DNA of 63,185 bases, the filler included, from Neolecta irregularis DAH-3 (lineage: Eukaryota), in assembly GCA_001929475.1 (NCBI GenBank). It is 7 parts of 7 records of this genome, joined end to end, with 100 filler letters (N's around TTAATTAATTAA, not from the genome) between each part and the next. Parts side by side here need not be neighbours in the genome. Positions count along the whole stretch, not along the records: positions 1 to 31,993 come from LXFE01000139.1; 6 more parts are not named here. One strand, written 5' to 3'. The stretch's first letter is position 1. The number at the start of each line of letters is the position of its first letter. The notes beneath the pieces are model-generated. The model was not told the DNA's origin and made no database searches. It saw only the letters and a list, made by a program, of their open reading frames with translations. Of the stretch, positions 9,464 to 23,442 are shown in pieces. The translations under genes were made by a program, and so were the position numbers.

Positions 9464-12400
9464 ATGGGCATCCCAAAACGTAAAATCAAGCCTTTGGATG
9501 TTGAAAGAGAGATTAAAAAGATATCGAGAGCAAGTGGAGTCTCGATGGAGCAGCCAGAGAAGAGGAGAAAAACCGAAAAGGCAGTCGAATCAGGACTATT
9601 GCTACATAATGACGATGCCGATTTCCCCAGAGGTGGAGGATCAACTTTGACGCCTTTGGAGTATAAAGAAGCTGTGAATGAGGGTATCAGAGATCTTCTT
9701 TTCGAGGTATTCTGCCCCATGGATGCGTTTTTGATGTTTGAAGAATGAAAAGGGAACAAACGATTCTGGATCCAAGAAACGGAAACGGAGTAAAAAGGAT
9801 AACGACTCAAAACAACTTAACCAAGAGATCAAAGAGGGACCAAAAATCGAAGGATTGTCCTACAAAGTATTATTTATTTTGGAAGTGTCTAATTTTGTAG
9901 CGGGTAGTCCAAGGATCACAGATCCTCGGGCGAATATCTCAGATCAATTCTCTTGAGATGGTTGTTTCATTACCAAACAATTTATCCGCTTTCATTCCTA
10001 TTACTGCCATATCGCCCTTTCTTACTAAAAAGATTGAAACCTCAGCCGAAAACGAAACCTCGGATTCCGAGGAAATAGATATTCCACCTTTAGTTGATAT
10101 GTTTACTGTTGGTCAATGGGTTCGTGGAGCCGTAACCTCTTGTGAAACAGACAAGAACAAGAAGAGAATTACAATGAGCATTGAACCATCTGCTGCAAAT
10201 TTCGGGTTATCCACTGAAAATCTCGTACCCGGAATAGCAATTATGGCTTCTGTCAAAAGTATTGAAGATCATGGAATTGTGTGTGACGTCAATATTGAGA
10301 AAACCAGCGGGTTCGTCAAAAGGAAGGAATTTGGTCATTTTAAACGTATACTCGTGCAGTCTTTGGAAAAGCTGACCCCAAGACGATGACTTTAAAGAAG
10401 GTCAAACAATGCTAGTGTACCTAAAATCAGTATCAAATCGAATATTGCAATTATCTGTAAATCCTCCTGCAAGTGCAGTTACAGAAGCTCCCTCAATCGA
10501 TACCTTTTCACCTGGAACTCTAGCACAGGTTCTTATAACAGATGTGACTTCAAAGAGAGCACGCGGAAAAATTATGGGCCATCTCGATGCTACCATTGAT
10601 ATATTCCATTCCGGATGCATTACGGGAACAGACCTTCAGGAACGAATAAAGCAAGGACAAAAAGTATTTTCTTTTTCTCAATGTGGATTTCTGACTTGGA
10701 GATTTCTGCTCGTATTATATCCACATTTCCCGATGCTGAGCCACCAAAAGTTGCTGTATCCTTATTGCCACAGGTTTCTTTGCTAAATTCGACCGAAAAA
10801 CATCCCCTTGAAGCATTACCAATCGGCCTTATTCTTGAAGCAGTCAAAGTAAAAAGGGTCGAAGCCGACCTCGGATTATTCTGTGATGTAGGACTAGACG
10901 ACGTTCTTGGGTTTATTCATGTGATGGCACTGTAATATACCCTGCTGACTGGCTAAGATTTCGCGCATTTCTGATGGAAAAATCGAATTCCTCGAACCAA
11001 ACACAGGAAAGTACAAGGTTGGTGCACAACATAAAGCAAGGGTCATAGGATTCAATTCGGTCGATAATCTCTTTATTCTTTCTGCAGAACACTCTGTGAT
11101 TTCCAAGCCTTTTTTACGAATCAACGAAATTCATGTTGGCAACTTGGTCAACGGAAAAGTTTTAAAGATTATTCCCGCGGGTCTATTGGTTCAGCTTACC
11201 GATAAAATTACGGCCTTTGTGCCGAGTATCCACATGGCAGATATCGTGCTCCGCAATCCAGAGAAGAAATTCAAAGAAGGAGGAAAGGTCAAATGTAGAG
11301 TAAATGTTCACATTCTTTCGTAGTTCTAATTTCCAAGGTCCTTAAAACTGACGTACAAAAAAAGAAAGTCATTCTCACTCTAAAGAAAACTTTGATTCAT
11401 TCCGAGTATCCTATAATTACTTGCTACAAAGACGCCAAACAAGGCCAAAAGACAACCGGTGTTTTGTCAAAATTATTGACCAACGGCGCCGTTATCGAAT
11501 TTTATAACGGAGTCCATGCATTCCTTCCCGTTGCAGAGATGAGCGAGGCATATATTTCAGATCCGAAGGATCATTTCCATATCGGACAGACCATTACAGT
11601 TCATATACTTGACGTTGATGCAGCAGAAGAGAAGATCAAAGTTAGTTGTCGAGATCCAAAGTCTGTTTCGATTGGCAGGGGATTCTGTGAGATTTCTGTC
11701 GGGATAGTAGTTTCTGGGATCGTTGAATCGAAAACTGCCGAGGATGTCGTCGTAAGCATAACTGAATTGGAAGCCAAAGGCATTATTATCTTGGGCCATC
11801 TTTCCGATAGAGAAACAGATAAATGCAGAAAGCTGCAGAAGAAACTAAGAATCGGTCAAGTTATACATGAATTGGTTGTTCTCGAAAAAAACCTCGACAA
11901 GAAGTCTATCTATTTATCGGCGAAAAAGAGCTTGATTACAGCGGCAAAAGAGAATAAACTCCCAAAGAGTTTGGATGAATGCAAGATTGGAGACAAGTTT
12001 TATGGGTATGTTAAGAGCATTGCGAATTATGGATTATTCGTTGGATTTGCAGGTAATTTTTCAGGACTGGCCCTTCGACAGGTAGATGATAAAACTCGGT
12101 CTAGAGCTAATTTGCAGAATCTCGCGGATAATTATGTTTCTGTACCGGCCTCGGTGTTCTCGCAAAATCAATCCGTTACAGCGTATATCGTCGATATCGA
12201 CTATACCCAAAGTCGGGTTCAGTTGTCGCTGAAACCGATCGCCAAAAATTTGAAGATATCGAAGGAGATTCCGTCCAGTTTGAGCATCCTCGATCCGTCT
12301 ATCAAAAGCATCGATGACTTCAAGCCAGGACGGCTTACGAAAGCAAAGATCCTGTCAGTCAAAGAAACGCAAATCAACGTTGAATTATCTGGTTTTATAC

Positions 12401-14917
12401 AGGGAAGAATAGATAGCTCAGTCGTCTTCGACACATATGATGCAATTGTCGAACCAAAACATCCACTTAAGGATTTTAAAGTCGGTCAAATTATGGAAGT
12501 AATGGTCTTGGGGCAACACAGTGCAAAATATCGAAAGGGTCTTGCCATTACTCATAAAACTTCCAATGTTCGAACTGTTTTCGACCTTTCAATACGACCC
12601 TCCGATCTCAAAGCAAAGGAGGTCAAGCCCATTACTTTTGACTCTATTAAAGTGGGAAGTCATCCATGTGTCTTTATCAATAACATCACTGCTGAGGGCC
12701 TTTGGGTAAATATAACACCGACTATCCGCGGAAGAATCCAGGTCCTTGATATTTCTGATCATGTTGAAGGCCTCCAACGTCTCAACAAGCGCTACTCTAT
12801 CGGAATGGCACTTCAGACAAAGGTCACTGGTATCGATGAAAAGCTTTTTATTGCTCATCTTTCCTTGCGAGATAAACCTATCCTCAGCCACGAATCGATC
12901 AATGCCAGTAATCTACTTCCCGGAAGAGTTACCAAAATATCGGAACAGGGAATGATGGTACAATTAAGCGAGTCGATCATCGGTCGTGTGTTTCTTACAG
13001 ACATGAGTGATGACTTTTCGTCTGGAGCTCAATTCAAGAATGGCCAAATTGCACGGTTTTGTGTCCTTGATGTTGATCAAGCAAATCGAAAGATCGCCCT
13101 GTCCGCCAGAGCTTCTCGTGTCCTCTCTTCAAGTTCAAAAGTCGTTGATTTGGAGATCTTGTCAATGGATGATCTCAAAATCGGTCAAGTAGTTCGTGGA
13201 TTTATCAAAAATATCGCCGATAAAGGCCTCTTCATTTCTTTGAGCAGAAATGTGACCGCACGTGTCAAGATCTCTGAAATTTCAGACGATTATATAAAAG
13301 ACTGGAAGAAATTATTTAAGCCGATGCAACTCATCCAAGGGAAGATCATTAACTTGGATTCAAATTCTAAACAAGTTGAAATGAGTTTGAAGAATAGTGC
13401 AATGGGCACCGACTTGGGGCCACGTCTCGGTTTTACTGAATACAAGATCGGTCAAATAGTTGATGGTACTGTGAGGAAAGTTGAAGAATTCGGCGTATTC
13501 ATTCATATCAACGGCAGCGCGAATGTGAGCGGACTGTGTCATCGCTCTGAAGTACACATTCGTTTCCCGACATATAGCTCACATATTTAGATCTCTGAGA
13601 ATAAGGTTACCGATGCTAAAGAACTATTCAGCGAAGGCGATTTGGTCAAGGCTAAAATCCTCAAGATTGACGTTGAAAATCGCAAAATTTCATTTGGACT
13701 AAAACCTTCATACTTCATGACTGAAGATGTTGAAATGGAGGTAGATGTGCAACCTGTGGATTTCAATTCGGATGAAGAATTTGACATCGAAAATGAATTC
13801 GATGATAAGGAAAAATCACCCAATAGCATGATTGAGCCCATCGGCAGGAATGATCAAGCAGTAGAACCACTGGCGCTTGAAGGGTTTGATTGGAATGGAG
13901 AAACAATGGACGATTTAATGGCTCAACCAGAGCAGATATCGGAATCCGAAAATGACGGCTCTACTGAAGCTCGTAGGAAGAAAAAGCGCAAGAAGACTAC
14001 GATTCCTATAGATAGAACGGCAGATCTTTCTACCAAAACGCCAGAAAGTGCAGCAGATTACGAAAGGTTAATTCTCGGCTCACCAAATTCCTCGTACTTG
14101 TGGGTTAATTATATGGCATTTCTTCTGCAATTCTCAGATATCGAAAAGGCCAGAGAAATAGGCCATCGAGCCCTCAAGACAATACATTTTCGTGAAGAAG
14201 AGGAGAAAATGAATGTCTGGATTGCATTTCTTAATCTCGAGAACGCTTTCGGAACTGAAAACACATTGGAAGAAACCTTTAAGAAAGCGTGTCAGTATAA
14301 TGATGCAAAAAAGATGCACTTTCACCTCACTAATATTCTAAGAGAGGCTTTAAAGTTTGAAAAAGCAGATCAGTGTTGGAATGTTATGATAAAGAAGTTT
14401 CGCACAAGCTGTAAAGTTTGGCTTGGATATGCTCAATTCTTGATCGATCACGCTGATGTGGATGCTGCCAGAGAATTGCTTCCTCGGAGTAAGAAGAGTC
14501 TCCCAGAACGAAAGTGTATGTTTCACTCTTTTCTTATCTTCTGATAAACAAGACATTAAAATAACTAAGCGATTTGCCCAACTTGAATTCCGAAGCGGAG
14601 ATCCTGAACGTGGTCGCACTATATTCGAAGGTCTTCTCAGTGATCACCCAAAACGGCTGGATCTCTGGAACGTGCTGATAGATCTGGAAACGAAACAGGA
14701 TAACAAGGACGGTGTTCGGTAAGGACTGTTGCCTTTTTTTCTCTAATCTTTTCTTAGTAGGTTATTCCAGAGAGTTCTTTCGCTCAGCCTATCGTCGAAA
14801 AATGCCAAGTCTCTATTCAAAAAATGGCTTGCTTTTGAAAAACGGCATGGCGATGAGAGAACTGTTGAAGATGTTAAGAGAAGGGCTATTGAGTATGTCG
14901 AGACTCTTGGTACCTAA
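9464..14917 (+). CDS. RRP5: rRNA biogenesis protein Rrp5 (S1 repeats + HAT repeats), multi-exon
   Basis: DFPRGGGSTLTPLE N-terminus, many S1 domains (e.g. GQIVDGTVRKVEEFGVFIHI), C-terminal PESAADYERLILGSPNSSYLWVNYMAF and ERGRTIFEGLL. Confidence 0.96.
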
Positions 14918-15077
14918 TAGACACGGCGTTTACATAATCATAAACTGTATCTACTGTATGACATTCAACATATAATGATTTGAATAGCGCAGCCCTCGAT
15001 CCCTACTTATATTTACAGTCCCGTGACTCTGTTGCAATCGTACAACGTTTAATGTGTTTCGCAGTTCAATAACTACG

Positions 15078-16323
15078 ATGTCTCGTCAACCTCAAGGAGT
15101 GAATCCCCAAGAACAGCACTCCGTAATTCTAGTAACTGGTGAGACCGATTTGGTGGTCAATACGCGTCCTGACTCAGCACAGCCGGATATGACCACACAA
15201 TTCGATTCTGGGAAGCACTGAGTGGGATTTGTTTAAGGACGATACAACATACGGACTCTGTGAGTACTATAAAAAGGGTAGAAAGGTCTGGACTGATCAA
15301 GGCGATATAGCAAGTGAATCGCCTATGTATCAGCCCTGATAAACGATATCTTGCAGTTGCGGGTATATCACACTCTCCTCCATCATCCTGATCAGCATAG
15401 GTCACATTTCTGTAAAACTATATGACATAGCGAATCCAAATGCTCCTCATGCATGGCCCCAGAATTCAAATCCCTTGATCTTTAGATTACCTTTGAGGGT
15501 CACACAGGCAATGTAACCGCAGTTCAGTTCCACTGTGAAGGCAAATGGATGGTAACCTCATCGGAAGATGGCACTGTGAAAATCTGGGATATTCGTAGCC
15601 CAAGTGTACAAAGAAATTATGATCATGGTGCACCAGTTAATGATGTCGTTATACATCCCAACCAGGGTGAATTACTTAGCTGTGATCAGAAGGGAATCCT
15701 CAGAGTTTGGGACCTTGGTCAGAATAGCTGTATCCACCAGTTTGTATGCTGTTCTTGCCTTGTGATGGCTTACTTATTGAAGGTTCCAGAGGAAGATGAG
15801 CCTATGAGAAGCTTAACAGTTGCAACAGATGGATCTTTATGTATTGCTGGAAACAATCGCGTATCATATTATTATCTGAGGCAATTCTTCTGACCTTGGT
15901 AGGGTATATGCTATGTTTGGCGGATGTCTTCGACAAACGATGCAACTTCGCTTCATCCGATTACCAAATTCCAAGCGCATACGAAATATCTTACCCGGTG
16001 CCTCTTGTCGCCTGATGTCAAACATCTTGCGACCTGTAGTGCGGATACGAGTGTGAAAATATGGAATACAGAAACTTTCCAAATGGAGAAAAAATTGGAA
16101 GGTCATCAGCGTTGGGTTTGGGATTGTGCATTTAGTGCAGATTCCGCATACCTGGTGACAGGTATACTTTCATATTGACTAGCTTTATACTGATTCCGGA
16201 ATAGCGAGCTCAGACCATGTCTCAAGACTATGGGAGCTCAACTCAGGAGAGACAATTAGACAATACAGCGGTCATCATAAAGCAGCCGTGTGTGTTGCGT
16301 TGAACGATTACCAGATATATTGA
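15078..16323 (+). CDS. LST8: TOR complex WD40 subunit Lst8/Wat1, multi-exon
   Basis: [81 protein letters not shown]. Confidence 0.96.
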
Positions 16324-16882
16324 AACAGAGCAGCTCACATGTATTATTATGGATAGAGCGGTATTTGTGTTGCAAAGATATCTTGTGACCTTACTACTAT
16401 TGCAATTCCCCTATCCTTCATATCTTACATTTACTGGACCCTCTCGTAATGCTTTGACAGACTACCTGTAAGTTTCCTAACATCTATCAAGATTTTCATC
16501 AGTTTCAACTCCCAATGTTTCACATGCAAGATATCCCTAATAGTAATATATTCTTAAGCGTATTATTACAACTTCGAGGGTCACAGACTTGAGATTGTAC
16601 TGTTGAAAATGAGCAATAATTAGGGATGATTAAGTAGCGAAGGGCTGAATTCCGAATTAAGTGAGAATCGCGCTTCTTCGATCAACAGAAACGAAACGAA
16701 ATGGAAGAGAAATTTAAATTTCAAGCCTCACCAAAGCCTCTTGCGAGTTGCACTGACTAGCTCCTGTTAGTATAACCACTACTTGACATTCATCGACCTG
16801 AGTCCGCTCTACATCACTTCTCACTCTCACTTCTCACCTCACATCCTCTATATAGTCCTTCAATATCCCTACATTCTTTGAT

Positions 16883-17750
16883 ATGCCTCATATCACTTCC
16901 ATGACGGACAGTGAGGCATGCAATGTCCCGACAACTAAAACACTCAGTAATAAATGCTCTCAAAAGACGAAATTGCAGAGCAGTATACTTAACAGCACAA
17001 GTATGCTATCACAGGAAACCCCTATGGAACTCGAACCCCAACTAACAAAGCATAAATCCCGTTTATTTCACCCCTGACCTATGGTTGTAGCGATCGGACG
17101 ATTCGGAAGGGGCGTCAACCTTCCATCATATTTCGCTGTATTCCTTTTATTTTCTGTTTGACACCAAATGCAAATCGACTCAATAGGAATACAAAGACTG
17201 CATTTATTACTTCTCTCGAGTACAGGGCCTCTGCCGGAGGCGTGTATGCTATTCTAAAGTCTGAACTTGGGGGTCGAGTCCTTAAACTCAATAAATATTT
17301 ACCTGCTTCAATTCGAGTTGGTCGTCTTGGGGGCTCAAAGGTCTATCGGCCTGTTGATGCAAGTGAAATTTACGGGCTGGAATTTACGGACCTTCTTAGC
17401 TTCATCAGTAAAGGGCTTGAGTACGAGTCATTCCTTTCTTTGGAATAAAAACTCACTCTAGCTCACTTTATGAGGCTGGCCTATTGAATGCCGAGACAAC
17501 TACTGAAGTAATATCTACAATTGACAATCTAGAGATTTTTGTCAATGAAATCATTGGTTATGGTGGGTTCAATTACGAGGACGACATCAAGTTGATGGAA
17601 TTTGAATATTTAAGCGGAAAGCTGTTGAATATGCTCGGTTCCAAAAGGGAGGTTGTATGGCTCGTCAACCAGGAGGTCCGACGTGTCAGAGAACAGTTCT
17701 TGACAAAATTCCCGGAAGCTGATGTTGGTTGGGAGGTTGCAAGACTTTAG
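16883..17750 (+). CDS. Hypothetical multi-exon protein; exon structure unresolved
   Basis: Successive plus-strand ORFs (16883-17077, 17158-17448, 17484-17750) separated by intron-like GT..AG segments; no family recognised. Confidence 0.4.
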
Positions 17751-18655
17751 GAAACGAATTTTGATGAACACATCGTGTATTACACGCCATAAATTTGAGC
17801 ATAATGAAGTTGTCTCGCTGAAGGTCCTCTCGTTGATTTCTTCATATATAAAGAAAAATTGTACATTACAAACAGCTGAAATATTCAACAGAACAAAACA
17901 CACCTTGGTAATTGAGAAATAGCAAACGACTCACTTGATGTAAACTTGGACACAGACGAGTCTATTTATAACCGCCTATTTATGCTAAAGCTTGTTCCAC
18001 AACTCTCACCTTCCATTCATTCTTCAAGTAACCAAAGTTGGTAAATTTATTCAATTCGTCTACATTAACCAAGAGAATAGTCACCTCTCCTTCCTCAGCT
18101 ACAAACCTGCTGTTTTACAAGGTTCCAGTTCTTCTCCATTGATCTGTTTACAAGATCGATTTTACCATATGGATGTACTTGGAGAATGTACCTCGCAGGA
18201 GATGACTCGGACCGGCGAGTGATTTTCAACTCTCTGCTTTCGTCATCACAACTAAAGGAGATACGTATCCAGCGTGACAGGACCATAGCGGATGCGAGCA
18301 GGATAACGCGGTAGAATGACAGGAGTGGGACGGATACTGGGGAACTGAGGTTTTCGAGTGCTGTGAATTAGACTCTACGGGCAAAGAGAGGCGATTGAAG
18401 GATGGTCTGATAGAAGAGAGATGGTTCTCGAAGTGGTTTCCAGTCGTGAAGTCTTTTCTCTGTTGAGTATGTCTAGCTTTAACGTGTTCGATTTGCTATG
18501 GTAGAAGAAATACACGAGTCTGTTATAAATCCTATGATGAAAAGGATCTAGACGATCTATGTAGCTAGCTCAGAAAAGAGATACTCACCCTAAACTGCCC
18601 AAATAGTTATCTTTCGTTGACATATATTAATCAGCAACCTCATCTGTCCAAAATA

Positions 18656-21600
18656 ATGATGTCAGATGGATATAAACAGAAGAAACCACCAGTAAGTCAA
18701 GAGGAGAAGAGATTGGCTTCTGAATATAAGGCCGTTATACCCGCGAGTTTCAATTTTGATGAGTGGATCGATAAATCAAAGAATGTTAAGCATGCCTTAC
18801 GTATAGATACAATGGAAAAGACCGTGAGCGAAATCAACGAAATTATAGAGGAGTACACAATGCGTAAACAAATACCGTTGGTTCTGGAGAACTGGCACAA
18901 GAAGGATAATTGGGATAAAACAAAGTTTTCGAAATCCTTTTTAGAGAGGAAAAACATGAGTATGTAGTTGCAAATTTCCCCGTCATGCTGAAATTAGAAA
19001 TAAATGTCAAAAACATCGATACTAAAAAAGAAATTACTGTTCGAATGAAGGAATATCTCGGCCAGCTAGATAAACTTACAGTCCCATTTGCGGATGAGAA
19101 GTCGAAACTCAAACAAGTCAGATTATATGCAAAAGATCTCGACTCGCCGTGGGAATGGAATGAAAGCCTTAAATCTCTTCTACCTGATACCTTGACCTAC
19201 ATGGGACCTCACGATTTAATGGGTAAAATATTTCTTACATAATCATGTTGAAGCTCAGCCAACCTTCCTTCTGAAGCGCGAGCCGAGAATATGATGCTTT
19301 ACATTGGCCACGAAGCAACATTGTATGATTATTTCTTCGTTTCAATATTGACTAATAAGCACGCCTGCTCACAAGGACATGTGTGCGTGTATCGGCCACA
19401 ATTTGATGATGTTTGCCGACGGCGTGAGTGTTTCGGTTTGGTTTATGTTTGCTTCGGTAGACCGTCAAGCAGCAAAAGCATACTTTCGAATGCTCGGTCA
19501 TGATCTTGATACAGAAGCATATTTTGCAAGCCCAGAAGAACTTGCTAAAGCGCCATTTACTGTTCATGTTGTTCAGCAAAGAGTTGGTGACTTCGTTGTC
19601 GTCCCACCTTTATGTGCCCATCAGGTGTATAATCGGGGGACATGTACAATCAAGGCCGCCTGGAACCGCACAACTGCTGATACACTGGAGTTAGCTCTGA
19701 AGGAAGCATTGCCCGCATATCGAATGTATGTTTCCAGTAATCCATAGTGACCACTAGGGTATGCCGAGATGAGCAGTATAACAACAAAGCTATCGTTCAT
19801 GCCTCTCTTGTTAATTTTCACAAAACTCGGGAACCGAATCAGTCGGTTGGAGACCACAAAAGTATACATCAGCTATTACGTCTTTATAGAGATATTGTTC
19901 TGGAAGAGTCTCTGCCATCCAAAATCACGTCTCCAAAGATCAAGAAAATCAACCATGATTATGGAGTTGTATGCGGATTCTGCAGACTCAATATTTTTAA
20001 TCGCTTTCTTGCTTGCAAGTCATGTGTTGTTAGGGAAGACGGTTGCGATGACGACGAATTCGAGATTTGCTTGAGTTGCTATGCGGAAGGTCGAACCTGT
20101 AAATGTATCTCTGGTCAGGAATTCATCGAGATGCGGCCCATGGAAGATCTTATTAATATCTATGAATTGACAAGGTTGAAGCTCGGAGACTTGGCAGGCG
20201 AATTAAACTCATTGACGGTGGAACTCGAAGCGTTGTTTGTTCTCTTGCTGATTTCTTTTGACCTACTAGTACTAAATCTCGTAAATCTGTCGCTCAAATC
20301 GTATATGAGCAACTATCACTTCGACCTACGCGTGCGGAAAGAGGCTTCATGCCAACAATGGCATGTCATAGCTGCAAGGCACCTCACTCTGAATGGTCCA
20401 GTGCAATTTGCTCAACATGCAATCGAGGTTTCTGTTACGGGTTTCTTTTTCGTAACTTTGATATTCAGCCACTCCACGTTCTTTCCGATCCAAAATGGTC
20501 TTGTCCAGTGTGTCAAAAGAGGTGCAATTGTGCTGCCTGTAGACGTAACCCTGAAATGATGCCTTATGAGCCTCAACGAATGTTCATCGGAACAAATACG
20601 AAAAGAGTTCGAGATAACAGATGCGTCGAAAACTTTGTGGATTATTCCAAAACGAATGAGAGATACTTTTCCGAAAAGAAGAGTAGCACTACGAAATCTG
20701 GGAATGTAAGTCCAGTATTGAGAAAAAGACATGCAAGCGTTGGCAATAATATCGCTGATGAAGGTAAGAAAACGTCGAAGTCCTCAAAATCAAAGACTAT
20801 CCGAACATCTCCTAGCACGGATTCTTCTAGTTCCTCCGCCAAATGCGTTCATGATGGATCAAATGTGTCCAAACCCCACTCCCTTGAGGCTACTCTGAAG
20901 TCTAAGAATGATCCAGCGAGCTTGATTCAAGAAAGTAGTCCGCGCAAAGTGTCTACGACTGTTCGACGGAATGAACCATTGGAGATCTCAACATCGACTG
21001 TTGACTTTGAAGACTTGAAGATGAATCATGTGTCCCCTTTGACTCCAGTCAACGATGGAACATTCTTATCCTTGGCTGACATGGATATTGTTCAACCGAC
21101 CCAACTGGAGTGTGCAAATCAGACTAGCCGGGGTCTAAATGCATGTCAATCTGCTTTTCAACTCGAGGATCTAACAGCCGGAAATCCCACTTCGCCCTGG
21201 GATCCAGACCCTTATTTGGATCACGTGAGTAGTTTTGCTGTTACCCCGCCAAGGCAAGAGAACAGGGCCCATTCGACTGCTACCCCGCTCTTGGAAACCC
21301 AACTAGAACCTCCAACCAAAAAACAAAAAATGATCCAGTTCACTAGAAGTGCTCTATGAACTGTGATGGTGCAAGTCTAGGACCAGGAGGAATCAAAGCT
21401 GATGGCTTATGACAAGGAGTATGATTATTGGTATTTAATTCTTTTACATACCATCTGGAATGTATGCTTACCTTTGCCTTTTCCTGATGTAGTGGTTCGA
21501 AGTCAGTACCTGTAACCCTGAGTGCATCGATTGAGCTTGATAATTTTCCAATTTACAGCAAAAGGCTGCTGAGATATTCCCCTCAAAGCAAAAAGATGGC

Positions 21601-22726
21601 CGACCGAAGCCCTGCTTTGGAAGAAGGTTGTTTGAGACAAGCGATGATTATAGAGCATGCTACCGTAAAAAGGTGTGTGTCAAGCGAAGAACCGGGAATT
21701 GCTAAGATCCCTGCAACAAGGAATCGGCGGGAAAGCCGGCGTTTAACTGCGATTAGTGAAACGAATACCGATGAAGAACACCAAGAAGCAGGATTGAATG
21801 AAGGGAAAGAAGCAAATACTATTACTTTCCAGAACGCAGGCGGTTCTATGAATAACTCAAAATTATCAAGCCTAGCTGCCCAGCGATTCTCTCAACCTTC
21901 CGAAGAACATCTCGAGCCCTTCTCACCTGATGCCAGAATGCCTTCGAATTATCTTATTGCCGTTGAAGTTACTCCGCCTTCGAGGGAATACAAAAGAACA
22001 GTCATGGATACTACCGATCACGAAATGCCGGATATTGGTTTAGACGATAGGGAAGATGCGAATGAAGGGTATGAGCCAATTCCATGACGTAGTTGCCAAT
22101 TACAAAGATATGCCGAACGATTTAAGAAGAAGCAATTGGAAAAACGGAGACTCGAAGAAGAACAAATATTTCCAGACTACCCAGTACAAAAAACAAACAT
22201 AGCCGGAGAATTTGCTTCAGCTTATCATCGAGATGCCCTTCTTCAATTGGCGTCTGATAAATCAACCAAAACCTTCACCAAACGCGGGCGAGGACATGGT
22301 CGTGGTCGTGGACGTGGACGGCATAGAAACGGTCAAGTAATCCGTGAAACGATAAGCAAACAGCCGGCTCAGAATGTCCTAAGTGACTTACAAAAGACAT
22401 CAACTTCGTTTTGTGATATTCAACCTTTTGAAGCTCATGGAGAAACCGAAAAGACCATTCATATTTTGAATATTCTCGAACAACTTCGCAGTCAAGCGCT
22501 CCTAGCAAATCGACAAAAGCTCTATGATCTTGTCAATGCGCTTATTTTCAAACACGCTCAATCTCTTACGAACAACGACATCGCACAGTCCTCAAACATC
22601 CTTCGAGAAGGAAACAGTACAGTGCAAGATGCATTTGGGGATACGCAAGATAACCCTGACATGGTCCTGCTGAGTCAACAATGGATTAGTGAGCTTCACG
22701 CTATTGAAAATATTAGGGATGGCTAA
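18656..22726 (+). CDS. JmjC-domain protein with Cys-rich and zf-4CXXC_R1-type zinc fingers (Neurospora DMM-1-like); exons after 21350 less certain
   Basis: LYAKDLDSP; spliced RAENMMLYIGHEATFTPAHKDMCACIGHNLM (HxD) and QRVGDFVVVPPLCAHQVYNRG (distal His); CGFC...CKSC...CLSC...CKC cluster; CHSC...CSTC...FCYG...WSCPVCQKRCNCAACRR. Confidence 0.82.
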
Positions 22727-23442
22727 TGACTGGTTTATCTTTAGGGGTACGGTGCTGTAAATCTCTCTATCAAACTCTTCCAATTTATCATGATATTCGA
22801 TTTTATTTTATTGATCCATCTGGTAGGCTTGATGTCCACTTTCCCACAGCTTTTCGCCACCCTTTCAAAGGATTTTGCTTCCTTAATTGGACTGGTTGGT
22901 CTGTTGAGGATTTTAATGCACTCCCAGTTCGTGGATGGTTGACAATGCTCTTATCATCGCCCAATCAGTAGGTCTAGGCTCCCTCTTTCCCTGTGACCTA
23001 AAGACGTGTTTCATCCTCATTATCTTCATAAAGCATAAATCATAAGATGTCGGGAAGACGCATACTCTATACATTGGTCAGTATCATGTTATTGACATCT
23101 CTTCAAAACCGAAGTAAAGGACTATTAATGCCAAATTGCTGCAGTGATTCCTTCGAAATTAATACCCTTACCGCGGTCGATGTCGCACTACTTGTTATGG
23201 GCCGGGATACACCAAGTTTAAGTCTAATCCGTCCCAGAAAGCAATGTTCTATGAACCCAAGTCAATCAGTACAAATTATCTAACCTGAGCTCGCATGCGA
23301 CTTATATAACAAATACTAGGCCAAATGACCGGGACGTCCTGTGCTAGTTTTGTAATACTGGCACTCAAACATTTGTGACTACACCCTCGTGAAAGACACG
23401 CTGGACAAGATCAAGACTTGAAGATTTAGGACAGGTCTCTAA

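Noticed and set aside
9464..14917. Many short, frame-shifted ORFs in RRP5 and other genes, suggesting pseudogenes or programmed frameshifting
   Set aside because: The breaks I examined coincide with 35-50 nt GT..AG introns; ordinary splicing explains them.
16812..16848. TCACTTC / TCACTC short tandem run
   Set aside because: Short pyrimidine-rich promoter microsatellite of a common type.
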